DNA from: Deferribacterales bacterium
Lineage (GTDB): Bacteria > Chrysiogenota > Deferribacteres > Deferribacterales > Geovibrionaceae
Direction: 5' to 3'
Assembly: GCA_050253335.1 (NCBI GenBank)
Contig: JBFWJG010000032.1
Coordinates: 1-30,872, forward strand
DNA: 30,872 nucleotides
Positions within the stretch are counted from its first letter, which is position 1. Every line of letters begins with the position of its first letter. The notes under the pieces are model-generated. The model was not told where the DNA came from and did no database searches. It saw nothing but the letters and a program-made list of their open reading frames with translations. Made by a program: the position numbers and the translations under genes. This document shows positions 1-8,726 of the stretch, one piece after another.

Positions 1-9
1 TTTGCCCAT
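1..9 (-). CDS. 5' end (M-G-K) of a gene that runs off the window edge; product unknown
   Basis: Minus strand reads AAGGAG (23-18), then ATG GGC AAA at 9-1. Confidence 0.55.
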
Positions 10-33
10 CTCTATATCTCCTTGTTTTATATC

Positions 34-125
34 GGCGAACCTACGTCCTGTGGTTCGCCTGAAACCGCTCGCGCCGTGGTAAACACGGCTTCGCTCCGCA
101 CGGCGCAAGTCCTTCCATGGACTTG
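34..125 (-). repeat. Dispersed GGA-hairpin repeat, copy 1 (short form)
   Basis: 42-nt core (66-107) identical to 9227-9268; flanked on the minus strand by hairpins CAAGTCC-ATGGAA-GGACTTG and GGCGAACC-AC-AGGAC-GT-a-GGTTCGCC. Confidence 0.9.
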
Positions 126-240
126 TTTAAGCAGCGGTGAGAATGCTATTTCAAGATACATAAGAATAAAACCTGAATGAACAAATGTAAAGGATAATGT
201 TTGGTTTTGCTTAAATTTGTTTAGCGATGTTGGAACCCGT

Positions 241-1110
241 TTATTTATCCTCAAACACTTCGCATTCAGGCTCGGCGTTGAAATAAAGTCCCAGTATTCC
301 GGTGAATTTGGGGTTTGCCTCGAACAGTCCGAGGGTGAGCGCTATTTCAGTCTGGTTATTAAACGGTGTTGATTTCAGGTATGAAACCACGCAGCTGCGC
401 ACAGGCTCAGTGGATGCGGCAAGCTCCGTGAGGAAACATTCGGGGCTGCGGATCAGCGTGAGGGCGAGGGCGGAGTAATATCTGTCCAGCGCGTCCTCCT
501 CAAGGGGAAGGCGGGAGATTTTCAGGAAGTTCTTTACCTGTGCCCTGTTTTTGCAGAGGAAGACTTCGGAATAATACTGTGAGTACGCGGTTTCCGTTTC
601 AGCGGGTGCGAGGCGTGCGAAGTTGTCAAAAACGAAGGCGAAGTCAAACCTGCCTGTGACTTTTTCATCAAACTGACACAGTGGCGAGGCATCGTATATC
701 TCTGCAAGTGCGGCATATTTTTCTGCTGTGAGGTAGCCTGCGAGCTTTTCATCGAAAGAGTCGTCCTCGTTCTCGGAGTTGGTCAGGCGGAATATCACGC
801 ATGCTTGAACATCGTCCTGCGCGGCGGAAAGCTCCGCCATGAAGACATCGGGGCATTTCTTAAAATTTGTGCGAAACGCATCTGCGTATATATTCCCCTC
901 CTCATAGCCGTAAATAACCCTTGAAAGAGCGAAAAAGCCCTTAACGGAAGCTTTTGAGGAGCAGTTGACCGCATTTTTATCAAAGAAGATCCCAAGCTCC
1001 TCCGCAGTGACGGAAGAAGCGGAAGGGTAGAGCGCTTCAAACGGATTCTTCTCCACGGCGGAAACGGCAAAGGCAAACATACAAAACAAAAAAACGGCAG
1101 AAAAGCGCAT
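241..1110 (-). CDS. Hypothetical secreted protein, two internally repeated ~130-aa Cys-containing domains
   Basis: 289-aa ORF directly downstream of cysK; signal peptide MRFSAVFLFCMFAFAVSA; visible internal repeat. Confidence 0.75.
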   Translation of the reverse strand: MRFSAVFLFCMFAFAVSAVEKNPFEALYPSASSVTAEELGIFFDKNAVNCSSKASVKGFFALSRVIYGYEEGNIYADAFRTNFKKCPDVFMAELSAAQDDVQACVIFRLTNSENEDDSFDEKLAGYLTAEKYAALAEIYDASPLCQFDEKVTGRFDFAFVFDNFARLAPAETETAYSQYYSEVFLCKNRAQVKNFLKISRLPLEEDALDRYYSALALTLIRSPECFLTELAASTEPVRSCVVSYLKSTPFNNQTEIALTLGLFEANPKFTGILGLYFNAEPECEVFEDK

Positions 1111-1117
1111 ACGGTTC

Positions 1118-2056
1118 CTAAAATATATTCGCGGACAGATACCTTTCCCCTGAATCGGGCAGGATTATGACGATTGTTTTCCCCTTAAGTCCAAGCTCCT
1201 TAGCTGCGGCATCCGCCGCCCAGACAGCGGCGCCTGATGAGATTCCGGCGAGGATGCCCTCTTCCCCGGCAAGTCTTTTTGTCCATTCATAGGCGGCGTC
1301 ATCCGGCACAGCGACCATTTTATCAATAAGGCTCACATCCAGAGTCTTGGGGATGAAGCCCGCACCGATCCCCTGAATCTTGTGGGGGCCCGGAACCATC
1401 GGCCTGCCCGCCATAAACTGGCTGATAACCGGACTGCCCGCAGGCTCAACACCCACAGCGAGCACATCCTTCTTTTTATCCAGCTTGAGGTACTGGGCAA
1501 TGCCTGTGATTGTTCCGCCTGTGCCAATGCCTGATACTATCACATCCACCTGACCGTCAGTATCGTTCCATATCTCTACGCCTGTTGTTCTGCGGTGGAC
1601 TGCGGGGTTTGCTGGGTTTTCAAACTGCTGGGGGAGGTAGTATCTGTCCGGCTCTTTCCGCGCCATTTCCACAGCTTTGTCCACGGCGCCTTTCATGCCA
1701 AGGCTTCCGTCCGTGAGTATGCACTCCGCCCCGAAGGCGTTCATCAGCATTCTGCGTTCCGCGCTCATGTTGTCGGGCATGATCAGGGCAACTTTTATCC
1801 CCATCGCCGCCCCGGCGTAGGCAAGACCTATACCTGTGTTGCCGCTGGTGGGTTCTATTACCGTCATCCCTTTTTTAAGCGTCCCCTTTTCCAGAGCATC
1901 CCAGAGGAGAGCGGCGCCTATTCTGCATTTCACGGAATAAGCGGGGTTGCGCCCTTCTATCTTGACCAGAAAAGTATTGTCCGCCGCGCATATTTTGTTA
2001 AGCTTCACAAGCGGCGTACCGCCTATGGAAGCGGGGTTGTTTTCGAACACTCTCAT
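1118..2056 (-). CDS. cysK: Cysteine synthase A (O-acetylserine sulfhydrylase)
   Basis: IGGTPLVKL, PLP-lysine motif NPAYSVKCR, EPTSGNTGIG, GIGTGGT, HKIQGIG, PDSGERYLS; start placed at ATG 2056 behind AAGGAG (2068-2063). Confidence 0.96.
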   Translation of the reverse strand: MRVFENNPASIGGTPLVKLNKICAADNTFLVKIEGRNPAYSVKCRIGAALLWDALEKGTLKKGMTVIEPTSGNTGIGLAYAGAAMGIKVALIMPDNMSAERRMLMNAFGAECILTDGSLGMKGAVDKAVEMARKEPDRYYLPQQFENPANPAVHRRTTGVEIWNDTDGQVDVIVSGIGTGGTITGIAQYLKLDKKKDVLAVGVEPAGSPVISQFMAGRPMVPGPHKIQGIGAGFIPKTLDVSLIDKMVAVPDDAAYEWTKRLAGEEGILAGISSGAAVWAADAAAKELGLKGKTIVIILPDSGERYLSANIF

Positions 2057-2212
2057 CGGTGACTCCTTCATGGTTCATTGACATTAGGAACTGAATTATT
2101 TATTTTGCATCCAAACGGGGGAAATGAAAAGTTTTACTTTACCTTTCCTCATTCGATAATAAACTTGCAAAGAAAAATAAAATTTTATTTCATCTGTCCG
2201 GAGGATTGAAAA

Positions 2213-3145
2213 ATGTCAGGCAAAGTTCATTCAATAAATATCAGCGAGAAGAAAGGAGTGCAGAAAACACCCGTAAACTCCGTTGAGATGAAAAACGATT
2301 TCGGCATAACAACCGATGCCCACGCAGGCAAATGGCACAGACAGGTAAGCTTCCTTGCTCAGGAAAGTATTGATAAAATGGTGGCAAAGGGTCTCAAAGT
2401 CAAAGGGGGCGACTTCGCGGAAAACATCACCACGATCGGCGTTGATCTCGTGAGCATGAAAGTGGGCGAAAGGCTCCGCATAAACAATGTCGAGTTCGTT
2501 ATCTCCCAACTCGGCAAGCTCTGCCATAACAGATGCGCAATTTATCACGCAGCGGGCGACTGCGTTATGCCCCGTGAAGGGATATTCGGCATCGTAAAAG
2601 GGAACGGAACGGTAACCCTCGGCGATACCGCGGAAAAACTGCCGAAGGAGAGCATCACCGTTGCCGTTGTGACTCTCAGCGATAAGGGGAGCAAGGGCGA
2701 ACGCACGGATGAGACAGGCCCCGCCATCATCGAAATGGTGAAAAAGGAGCTCAACCCCTCCTTCACCCGCCTTGAGCTTATCCCTGACGAGGTTGACCAG
2801 CTTAAAAACATAATAAAATATCTCATAGATATTCAGGGGTTTGACCTTGTGATAACCAACGGCTCCACAGGCCTCTCACCCCGTGACATAGCGCCGGACG
2901 CCACTCTGGAGATGATAGAGAAGCGTCTGCCCGGCTTCGAGGAAGCCATGCGCATGGAAAGTTTCAGAAAGACTCCCCACGCTCTTTTATCAAGAGCGGT
3001 CTGCGGAACCAGAAACGGGAGTATAATATTAAATGTGCCGGGAAGCCCTAAAGGAGCCCTTGAGAATCTTGAGGTCGTTATAAAGGCTCTTCCCCACGCC
3101 ATAAAAAAACTTCAGGGGGATCCTGCTGACTGCGCGGCAAAATAA
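2213..3145 (+). CDS. MOSC-domain / MogA-MoaB molybdopterin adenylyltransferase fusion
   Basis: N-terminal MOSC motifs (DAHAGKWHRQVS, GDFAENITT, CHNRCAI..GDCVMPREG); C-terminal MogA motifs (VTLSD, DETGP, GSTGLSPRD, NVPGSP); SD GGAGG. Confidence 0.9.
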   Translation: MSGKVHSINISEKKGVQKTPVNSVEMKNDFGITTDAHAGKWHRQVSFLAQESIDKMVAKGLKVKGGDFAENITTIGVDLVSMKVGERLRINNVEFVISQLGKLCHNRCAIYHAAGDCVMPREGIFGIVKGNGTVTLGDTAEKLPKESITVAVVTLSDKGSKGERTDETGPAIIEMVKKELNPSFTRLELIPDEVDQLKNIIKYLIDIQGFDLVITNGSTGLSPRDIAPDATLEMIEKRLPGFEEAMRMESFRKTPHALLSRAVCGTRNGSIILNVPGSPKGALENLEVVIKALPHAIKKLQGDPADCAAK

Positions 3146-3761
3146 CGGACTTTACATAGCGCTGGACGGAATAGACGGCTGCGGAAAGAGCACCCACTGC
3201 ATTAAGCTTGCCGAGCACTTCGGGGCTTTGGGACGCAAGGTGCTCCTCACCCGTGAACCGGGCGGAACCGAAATCGGAGCCGAACTGAGAGCCAGACTTC
3301 TTTCCAGCAAATACGAGCTTGAGCCCGAATCGGAGATGATGCTCTTCTTCGTGGACAGGTTGGAGCACCTCACTAAGAAGGTTATCCCCGCGCTCAATGA
3401 GGGGATGGTGGTGATAAGCGACCGCTTCACAGCCTCCACCTTCGCCTATCAGGTCTTCGGGCGGGGCATACCGGAAAGCGTGTACACATCTCTGGAGCGC
3501 ATAGCCCTCAAGGTTGTGCCCGATGCGGCGGTTATAATCGATAATGAGCCTATAGCATGCATAACAAGGGCAAAGGCGCGCCTTATTGAAGACGGCAAAG
3601 AGGAGTCCGAAGGCAAGTTCGAACAGCTTCCATATGAATTTTTCCGTAATGTGCGCAGCGGCTTTCTCACCTTCGCGGAGAAAAACAGCTACGTCAGCGT
3701 GGTAGACGGCCTGGGAACAGTTGAGGAAGTCTTCTCCCGCGTACTCAGCAGCATAAAATGA
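3126..3761 (+). CDS. tmk: Thymidylate kinase; true start is upstream of the ORF-track call, probably CTG
   Basis: In-frame YIALDGIDGCGKST P-loop lies upstream of 3228; TREPGGT, ISDRF..STFAYQ; precedes holB; start position uncertain. Confidence 0.9.
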   Translation: MTARQNNGLYIALDGIDGCGKSTHCIKLAEHFGALGRKVLLTREPGGTEIGAELRARLLSSKYELEPESEMMLFFVDRLEHLTKKVIPALNEGMVVISDRFTASTFAYQVFGRGIPESVYTSLERIALKVVPDAAVIIDNEPIACITRAKARLIEDGKEESEGKFEQLPYEFFRNVRSGFLTFAEKNSYVSVVDGLGTVEEVFSRVLSSIK

Positions 3762-4633
3762 GATACATAGGCCATGAAAGGGAAAGGGAGATATTCTCCA
3801 AGGCCCTGAAATCGGAAAAGCTTGTACATGCATATATTTTCAGCGGGAAAGAGAGCTGCGGAAAAAAGCTCCTCGCCCGCGAGATTGCCCGTTCGCTCTT
3901 CTGCGGATGCGGACTGTTTGAGGAATCCGCCTCACGCCACTCAGCACAGGTTGACGCGCTGAACCATCCTGATCTCCACATATTCGAAGATGATTCCATC
4001 CCCATAGAAAAAGTGCGCAGAATGTCGGAAACCGCATTCATGAGCCCGCATTCGGCAAGCCACAAGATCTTCATAATAGACAACGCCCACAACATGCGCA
4101 CCGAAGCCTCCAACGCATTCCTAAAAACCCTTGAGGAACCGGGGGAGAACACTGTGTTTTTCCTCATAACCGACAAATACGACCGCCTTCTGCCCACGAT
4201 ACGCTCAAGGTGCGTTCACATAGAGTTCTCACGCCTCAGCGACAGTGAGGTGGTGCAAATAATCAGAAAGATCCGCCCCGATGCTGCAAATTATGATGCC
4301 GCGGTGAAGCTTGCCGCGGGCTCCGTGGCGCAGGCTCTTTATTTTCTGGACAACAACGCCTCCGAAAAATGGATGCTTTTTGAGGATCTCAGCGGCGAAA
4401 AACTGTACAAGCGTCTGGAAAGTCTGAAAGAAAAAGATGATATAAGAATTTTCTCCTCCGTTCTTTACGGCTTCATTCTGGAAAAATACAGAAGTACGGG
4501 AGATCCCGTTCTGCTGGAGTTTTCAAACTATTTGCTGGATATTTTGCAGAGGCTTAACTATAATGTTAATCTTGACATTTTCAGGTTTGACCTGTTCACG
4601 AAAATAACAGAGGTTCTAATTGAAAGAGATTGA
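3758..4633 (+). CDS. holB: DNA polymerase III delta' subunit
   Basis: HAYIFSG, NHPDLH, ASNAFLKTLEEP, LLPTIRSRC; tmk-holB synteny. Confidence 0.93.
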   Translation: MRYIGHEREREIFSKALKSEKLVHAYIFSGKESCGKKLLAREIARSLFCGCGLFEESASRHSAQVDALNHPDLHIFEDDSIPIEKVRRMSETAFMSPHSASHKIFIIDNAHNMRTEASNAFLKTLEEPGENTVFFLITDKYDRLLPTIRSRCVHIEFSRLSDSEVVQIIRKIRPDAANYDAAVKLAAGSVAQALYFLDNNASEKWMLFEDLSGEKLYKRLESLKEKDDIRIFSSVLYGFILEKYRSTGDPVLLEFSNYLLDILQRLNYNVNLDIFRFDLFTKITEVLIERD

Positions 4634-5342
4634 AGTTACCGGAGTGGCGTTTAAGCCCGCCGGAAAAATATATGACTTTTTATCCTGCGGGATAGAAGCT
4701 AAGCATGGCGAACACGTTGTAGTGGAAACAGAAAAAGGCGAAGATATCGCCGCTGTTATCCTGTCCCCCCGTCCGATGATTATCAAGAACATGGACGAGA
4801 TGAAGAAGGTTATCCGCAAGGCAACCGAGGAAGACTACGCCAGACGCGCCAAAAACATTGAAGAGGAACCCGCCGCGTTTGCCGAGTGCAAGGAGCTTGT
4901 GGTGAAGCACAACCTCGACATGAAGCTGCTCAAGGCGGAATACACTCTGGACAGAAGCAAGCTCACCTTCTTCTTCACCTCAGACGGCAGGGTGGATTTC
5001 CGTGCCCTTGTGCGCGATCTCGCCCGTGTTTTCCGCACCCGTATCGAAATGCGTCAGGTGGGCGTCAGGGACGCGACCAAGATGCTCGGCGGTTTCGGAC
5101 TCTGCGGAAAGGAGTTCTGCTGCTCCACTTTTTTAAGAAAATTCGACAACATCTCCATAAAAATGGCGAAAGACCAGAACCTTATCCTCAACCCCACCAA
5201 AATTTCAGGGGTATGCGGAAGGCTGATGTGCTGCCTGCTCTATGAAAAAGAATCCTACTCCGGCATCATAGACGAAAACGGCAACACGGCAAAAGTCGAG
5301 TTCACACTGGGCAGGGCGGAAGACGAAGGAGGAAACATATGA
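4620..5342 (+). CDS. PSP1-domain (RicT/YaaT-like) Fe-S protein
   Basis: RVDFRALVRDLA..FRTRIEMRQVG, CGKEFCC, KISGVCGRLMCCL; TTG start overlapping holB. Confidence 0.9.
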   Translation: MKEIEVTGVAFKPAGKIYDFLSCGIEAKHGEHVVVETEKGEDIAAVILSPRPMIIKNMDEMKKVIRKATEEDYARRAKNIEEEPAAFAECKELVVKHNLDMKLLKAEYTLDRSKLTFFFTSDGRVDFRALVRDLARVFRTRIEMRQVGVRDATKMLGGFGLCGKEFCCSTFLRKFDNISIKMAKDQNLILNPTKISGVCGRLMCCLLYEKESYSGIIDENGNTAKVEFTLGRAEDEGGNI

Positions 5343-7282
5343 CAAAACAGCCTTTTTATATCACAACACCGATTTACTACGTAAATGACGTGCCCCACAT
5401 AGGCCACGCATATACGACGGTTGCGTGTGATGCTGTTTCCCGCTTCAAACGCCTCACAGGACACGAGGTCTTCTTCCTCACCGGAACCGACGAACACGGC
5501 CAGAAGATTGAACAGGCCGCTGAGAAAAAAGGCATAACCCCAAAAGAACTCGCCGACGGCGTGGTTCAGCGCTTCGCCGGACTCTGGGAAAAGCTCAATA
5601 TCTCCAATGACGGCTTCATCCGCACAACGGATCAGCTTCATAAAGACTCAGTGCAGAAGCTCTTTAAAAAAATGCAGGAAAACGGCGACATCTACCTCGG
5701 CCACTATGAAGGCTGGTACTGCACCCCCTGCGAAACCTACTGGACAGAGACCCAGCTTCTGGACGGAAACTGCTGCCCTTCCTGCGGCAGATCCACGGAA
5801 AAACTCAAGGAACCCAGCTACTTCTTCCGCATGAGCAAATACGGGGACACTCTCCTGAAGCATATTCAGGACAACCCCGACTTCATAAAGCCCGAATCCA
5901 GACGCAACGAGATTATATCATTCATCAGAGAAGGGCTTAAAGACCTCTCCGTGAGCCGCATGTCATTCAAATGGGGCATACCCGTGCCGAATGATCCCGC
6001 GCATGTCATCTATGTGTGGATCGACGCCCTCACCAACTATATAAGCGCCCTCGGCTACAAGGACGACGCTGAAAACTTCAGCAAATTCTGGCCTGCCTCA
6101 TACCATGTTGTGGGCAAGGATATTCTCCGCTTCCACACCGTTTACTGGCCTACAATGCTCATGAGCGCGGGTCTCCCCCTGCCGAAAAGTGTTTTCGCCC
6201 ACGGCTGGTGGACTGTCGAAGGGCAGAAGATGTCCAAATCCCTCGGCAACGCCATTGACCCATACTGGCTGGCGGACACCTTCGGAGTGGATGCCATCAG
6301 GTATTTCCTCCTCCGTGAGGTTCCCTTCGGACTGGACGGCGACTTCTCTTTCAAAGCGCTTATCCACCGCATAAACGGCGATCTGGCAAACGATCTGGGC
6401 AACCTGCTTAACCGTACCCTCGGAATGCTTACCCGCTACTTCGGCGGTGTTCTCCCTGAGTATAAGGTGAGCGACCCCCTTGATGAAGCAATGGACGCAA
6501 AGATAGACTCTGTTTTTGCCGATGTTGAGAAGCATCTTGACACCCTCGCTTTCAATAAAGCGCTGATCAGCCTCTGGGAACTGGTGAGCGCCTTCAACAA
6601 ATACATTGACGACACCGCACCATGGGCTCTCGCAAAAGACGAGGCGCACAAGGACAGGCTTGGTTCCGTTCTCTATAAAATCCTTGACGGTGCAAGGCTC
6701 ATAGCCACGCTCATTTCCCCTTTCATGCCCGAAACGGCAGGAAGTATGCGCACTCAGCTCGGGCTTGAGCCTGAAATAACCCCCGCACCTGTTGAAGAAC
6801 TCAAAAAAAGAGGCGGGCTTAAAGCAGGAACGCTTCTTGACAAAGCTGTGCAGCTTTTCCCCAGAATAGACGAAAAAGAGATGCTGGAAAACATACAGAA
6901 GACCCGCACCCCAGAAACCAAGAAAGAAGAAACGGCAAAACCTGAGGCCATATCAGTCGCCATTGAGTTTGCTGATTTTCAGAAAGTGGCTCTCAAAGCC
7001 GGCAAAATCCTTGACGCTGAAAAGGTTGAGAAAAGCGAAAAGCTCCTCAGGCTGAAAGTTTCCCTCGGCGAAAACAGCGAGAGAACCATAGTTGCGGGGA
7101 TAGCCAAAAGCTATGCGCCGGAGGATCTCAAAGACAAAACAGTCGCCGTGGTGGCAAACCTCAAGCCCGCAAAGCTCATGGGAATCACATCCGAAGGGAT
7201 GGTTCTCGCGGCGTTTGACGGAGAGCATCACCATGTGCTGATTCTTCCTGACGGCATAGCGGCGGGAACACCAATTAAATAA
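5339..7282 (+). CDS. metG: Methionyl-tRNA synthetase with C-terminal tRNA-binding domain
   Basis: YITTPIYY..PHIGH, KMSKS, zinc knuckles CTPC/CPSC, C-terminal OB fold (ANLKPAKLMG..SEGM). Confidence 0.98.
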   Translation: MTKQPFYITTPIYYVNDVPHIGHAYTTVACDAVSRFKRLTGHEVFFLTGTDEHGQKIEQAAEKKGITPKELADGVVQRFAGLWEKLNISNDGFIRTTDQLHKDSVQKLFKKMQENGDIYLGHYEGWYCTPCETYWTETQLLDGNCCPSCGRSTEKLKEPSYFFRMSKYGDTLLKHIQDNPDFIKPESRRNEIISFIREGLKDLSVSRMSFKWGIPVPNDPAHVIYVWIDALTNYISALGYKDDAENFSKFWPASYHVVGKDILRFHTVYWPTMLMSAGLPLPKSVFAHGWWTVEGQKMSKSLGNAIDPYWLADTFGVDAIRYFLLREVPFGLDGDFSFKALIHRINGDLANDLGNLLNRTLGMLTRYFGGVLPEYKVSDPLDEAMDAKIDSVFADVEKHLDTLAFNKALISLWELVSAFNKYIDDTAPWALAKDEAHKDRLGSVLYKILDGARLIATLISPFMPETAGSMRTQLGLEPEITPAPVEELKKRGGLKAGTLLDKAVQLFPRIDEKEMLENIQKTRTPETKKEETAKPEAISVAIEFADFQKVALKAGKILDAEKVEKSEKLLRLKVSLGENSERTIVAGIAKSYAPEDLKDKTVAVVANLKPAKLMGITSEGMVLAAFDGEHHHVLILPDGIAAGTPIK

Positions 7283-7294
7283 TGACCCATTGCG

Positions 7295-7327
7295 GAACGG
7301 CCGCCTTTAGCTCTGTGCGGCCGCTTC
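7295..7327 (+). terminator. GC-rich hairpin after metG; possible terminator or stabiliser
   Basis: GAA-CGGCCGC...GCGGCCG-C-TTC inverted repeat; poor U-tract. Confidence 0.35.
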
Positions 7328-7354
7328 TGACGATGATACTATTTATCAACAGCA

Positions 7355-7383
7355 TTGACACAGACATATAAATAAAATAATCT
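7355..7383 (+). promoter_or_regulatory. Putative sigma70 promoter for tatD
   Basis: TTGACA-17 bp-TAATCT. Confidence 0.45.
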
Positions 7384-7450
7384 GTTCTTCGGCCTTGATC
7401 TTTGCAGGGCCGGTATACATTTTAAACAAAAATACAGGAACAGATTACAC

Positions 7451-8290
7451 ATGATTTCAAAAAAAGATACGCCCGAACACAGGGCATTTCTCGATAAATT
7501 AGCCGGACTGGATAGCTTTTTTACGGACTCCCACGCCCACATACATATGCAGCCTCTCTCTGACGAGCCTGAGGCTGTTCTGGAGCGGGCGGCAGAGCAT
7601 AAAATCGGACGCATTGTCACCATCGGGATTGACATCGAAGACAGCGTCCGTGCCGTTCAGTTCGCGGCGAAATATGAAAGCGTGTATGCCTCCGTCGGCG
7701 TACACCCCCACGACACAAGCGGCTTTCCCGCTGACGGAACGGACAGGCTGAGAGAACTTTTAAAATCGCCCAAGGTCATAGCACTGGGCGAAATAGGGCT
7801 GGACTTTTACTACGACCACTCGCCGAGGGAAACACAGGAAAAGTGCTTCGCCTCCCTCCTCGGACTCGCGAATGAAACGGGAATGCCCGTTATTATACAC
7901 AACAGAGACTCAACCGCCCGCCTCATTGAAATATTGGAGGCGGAACTGCCCGTCAGGGAAAAGAGCGGCATAATCCACTGCTTCAGCGGAGATACTGATC
8001 TCCTGCGGTATGCGCTGGATAAAGGGTTTTATATTTCTTACGCGGGGGTGATCACATACCCCAAATCGGAAGAACTGCGCAGAACCCTTGAGTTTGTGCC
8101 GAGGGACAGACTGCTGATCGAAACCGATGCCCCTTATCTTACGCCCGCACCCTACAGAGGCAGAACAAATGAGCCCGCCTATACGGCATACACAGCGGAA
8201 ACAGTTGCCGCTGAGCTGGGGATGAGCCTTATGGAAACGGCTGAGCTTCTGGAAAGCAACTTTCAGTCACTGTTTGGGGACAGGTTATGA
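7451..8290 (+). CDS. tatD: TatD-family metal-dependent nuclease
   Basis: DSHAH, VGVHPH, LGEIGLD, IHNR, IHCFSG, LIETDAPYL; follows metG. Confidence 0.93.
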   Translation: MISKKDTPEHRAFLDKLAGLDSFFTDSHAHIHMQPLSDEPEAVLERAAEHKIGRIVTIGIDIEDSVRAVQFAAKYESVYASVGVHPHDTSGFPADGTDRLRELLKSPKVIALGEIGLDFYYDHSPRETQEKCFASLLGLANETGMPVIIHNRDSTARLIEILEAELPVREKSGIIHCFSGDTDLLRYALDKGFYISYAGVITYPKSEELRRTLEFVPRDRLLIETDAPYLTPAPYRGRTNEPAYTAYTAETVAAELGMSLMETAELLESNFQSLFGDRL

Positions 8291-8649
8291 AAAAGAGAAT
8301 TTTGATTGTGGAGGACAACAGGTACGAGCGCGAAGGCCTCGCATCTCTCCTCAGCGAGCAGAACTACGAAGTGGAAACAGTGGAAAACGGGCGCTTCGCC
8401 CTTGATAAGCTCCATGAGGATGAGTTTGACCTTGTGGTGACTGACCTTATGATGCCCGCGACAGACGGGCTCCAGTTTCTCCACAAGCTCAGAAACAACG
8501 GAAGCAGCGTTCCCGTTCTCGTGATAACCGGAAACCAGAACATGGAGAACATGCTGTCCGCCTATCAGCTCGGAGCGCTGGATGTCATCTACAAGCCCTT
8601 CCAGTTCGGAGAGCTGATGGATGTTATCAAAAGAGTAATTCCGGCCTGA
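8287..8649 (+). CDS. Single-domain response regulator (receiver)
   Basis: ILIVED, phospho-Asp in VVTDLMMP, ITG, KPF. Confidence 0.92.
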   Translation: MKKRILIVEDNRYEREGLASLLSEQNYEVETVENGRFALDKLHEDEFDLVVTDLMMPATDGLQFLHKLRNNGSSVPVLVITGNQNMENMLSAYQLGALDVIYKPFQFGELMDVIKRVIPA

Positions 8650-8726
8650 ATTGACCTTTCTTAACTGACTTTCAGGGTATATAATAGATTTATCATAATA
8701 ATTTATTACATACACGGAGGACAGTG

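Noticed and set aside
126..240. AT-rich spacer between repeat copy 1 and the secreted-protein gene as another displaced gene tail
   Set aside because: No similarity to the adjacent gene's 3' end detectable by eye
27..254. 75-aa minus-strand ORF, and the similar 9095-9316 ORF sharing CAVRSEAVFTTARA
   Set aside because: The shared peptide is simply the translated repeat core
7343..7351. DnaA-box-like TTATCAACA
   Set aside because: Single copy with a mismatch; no cluster or oriC context
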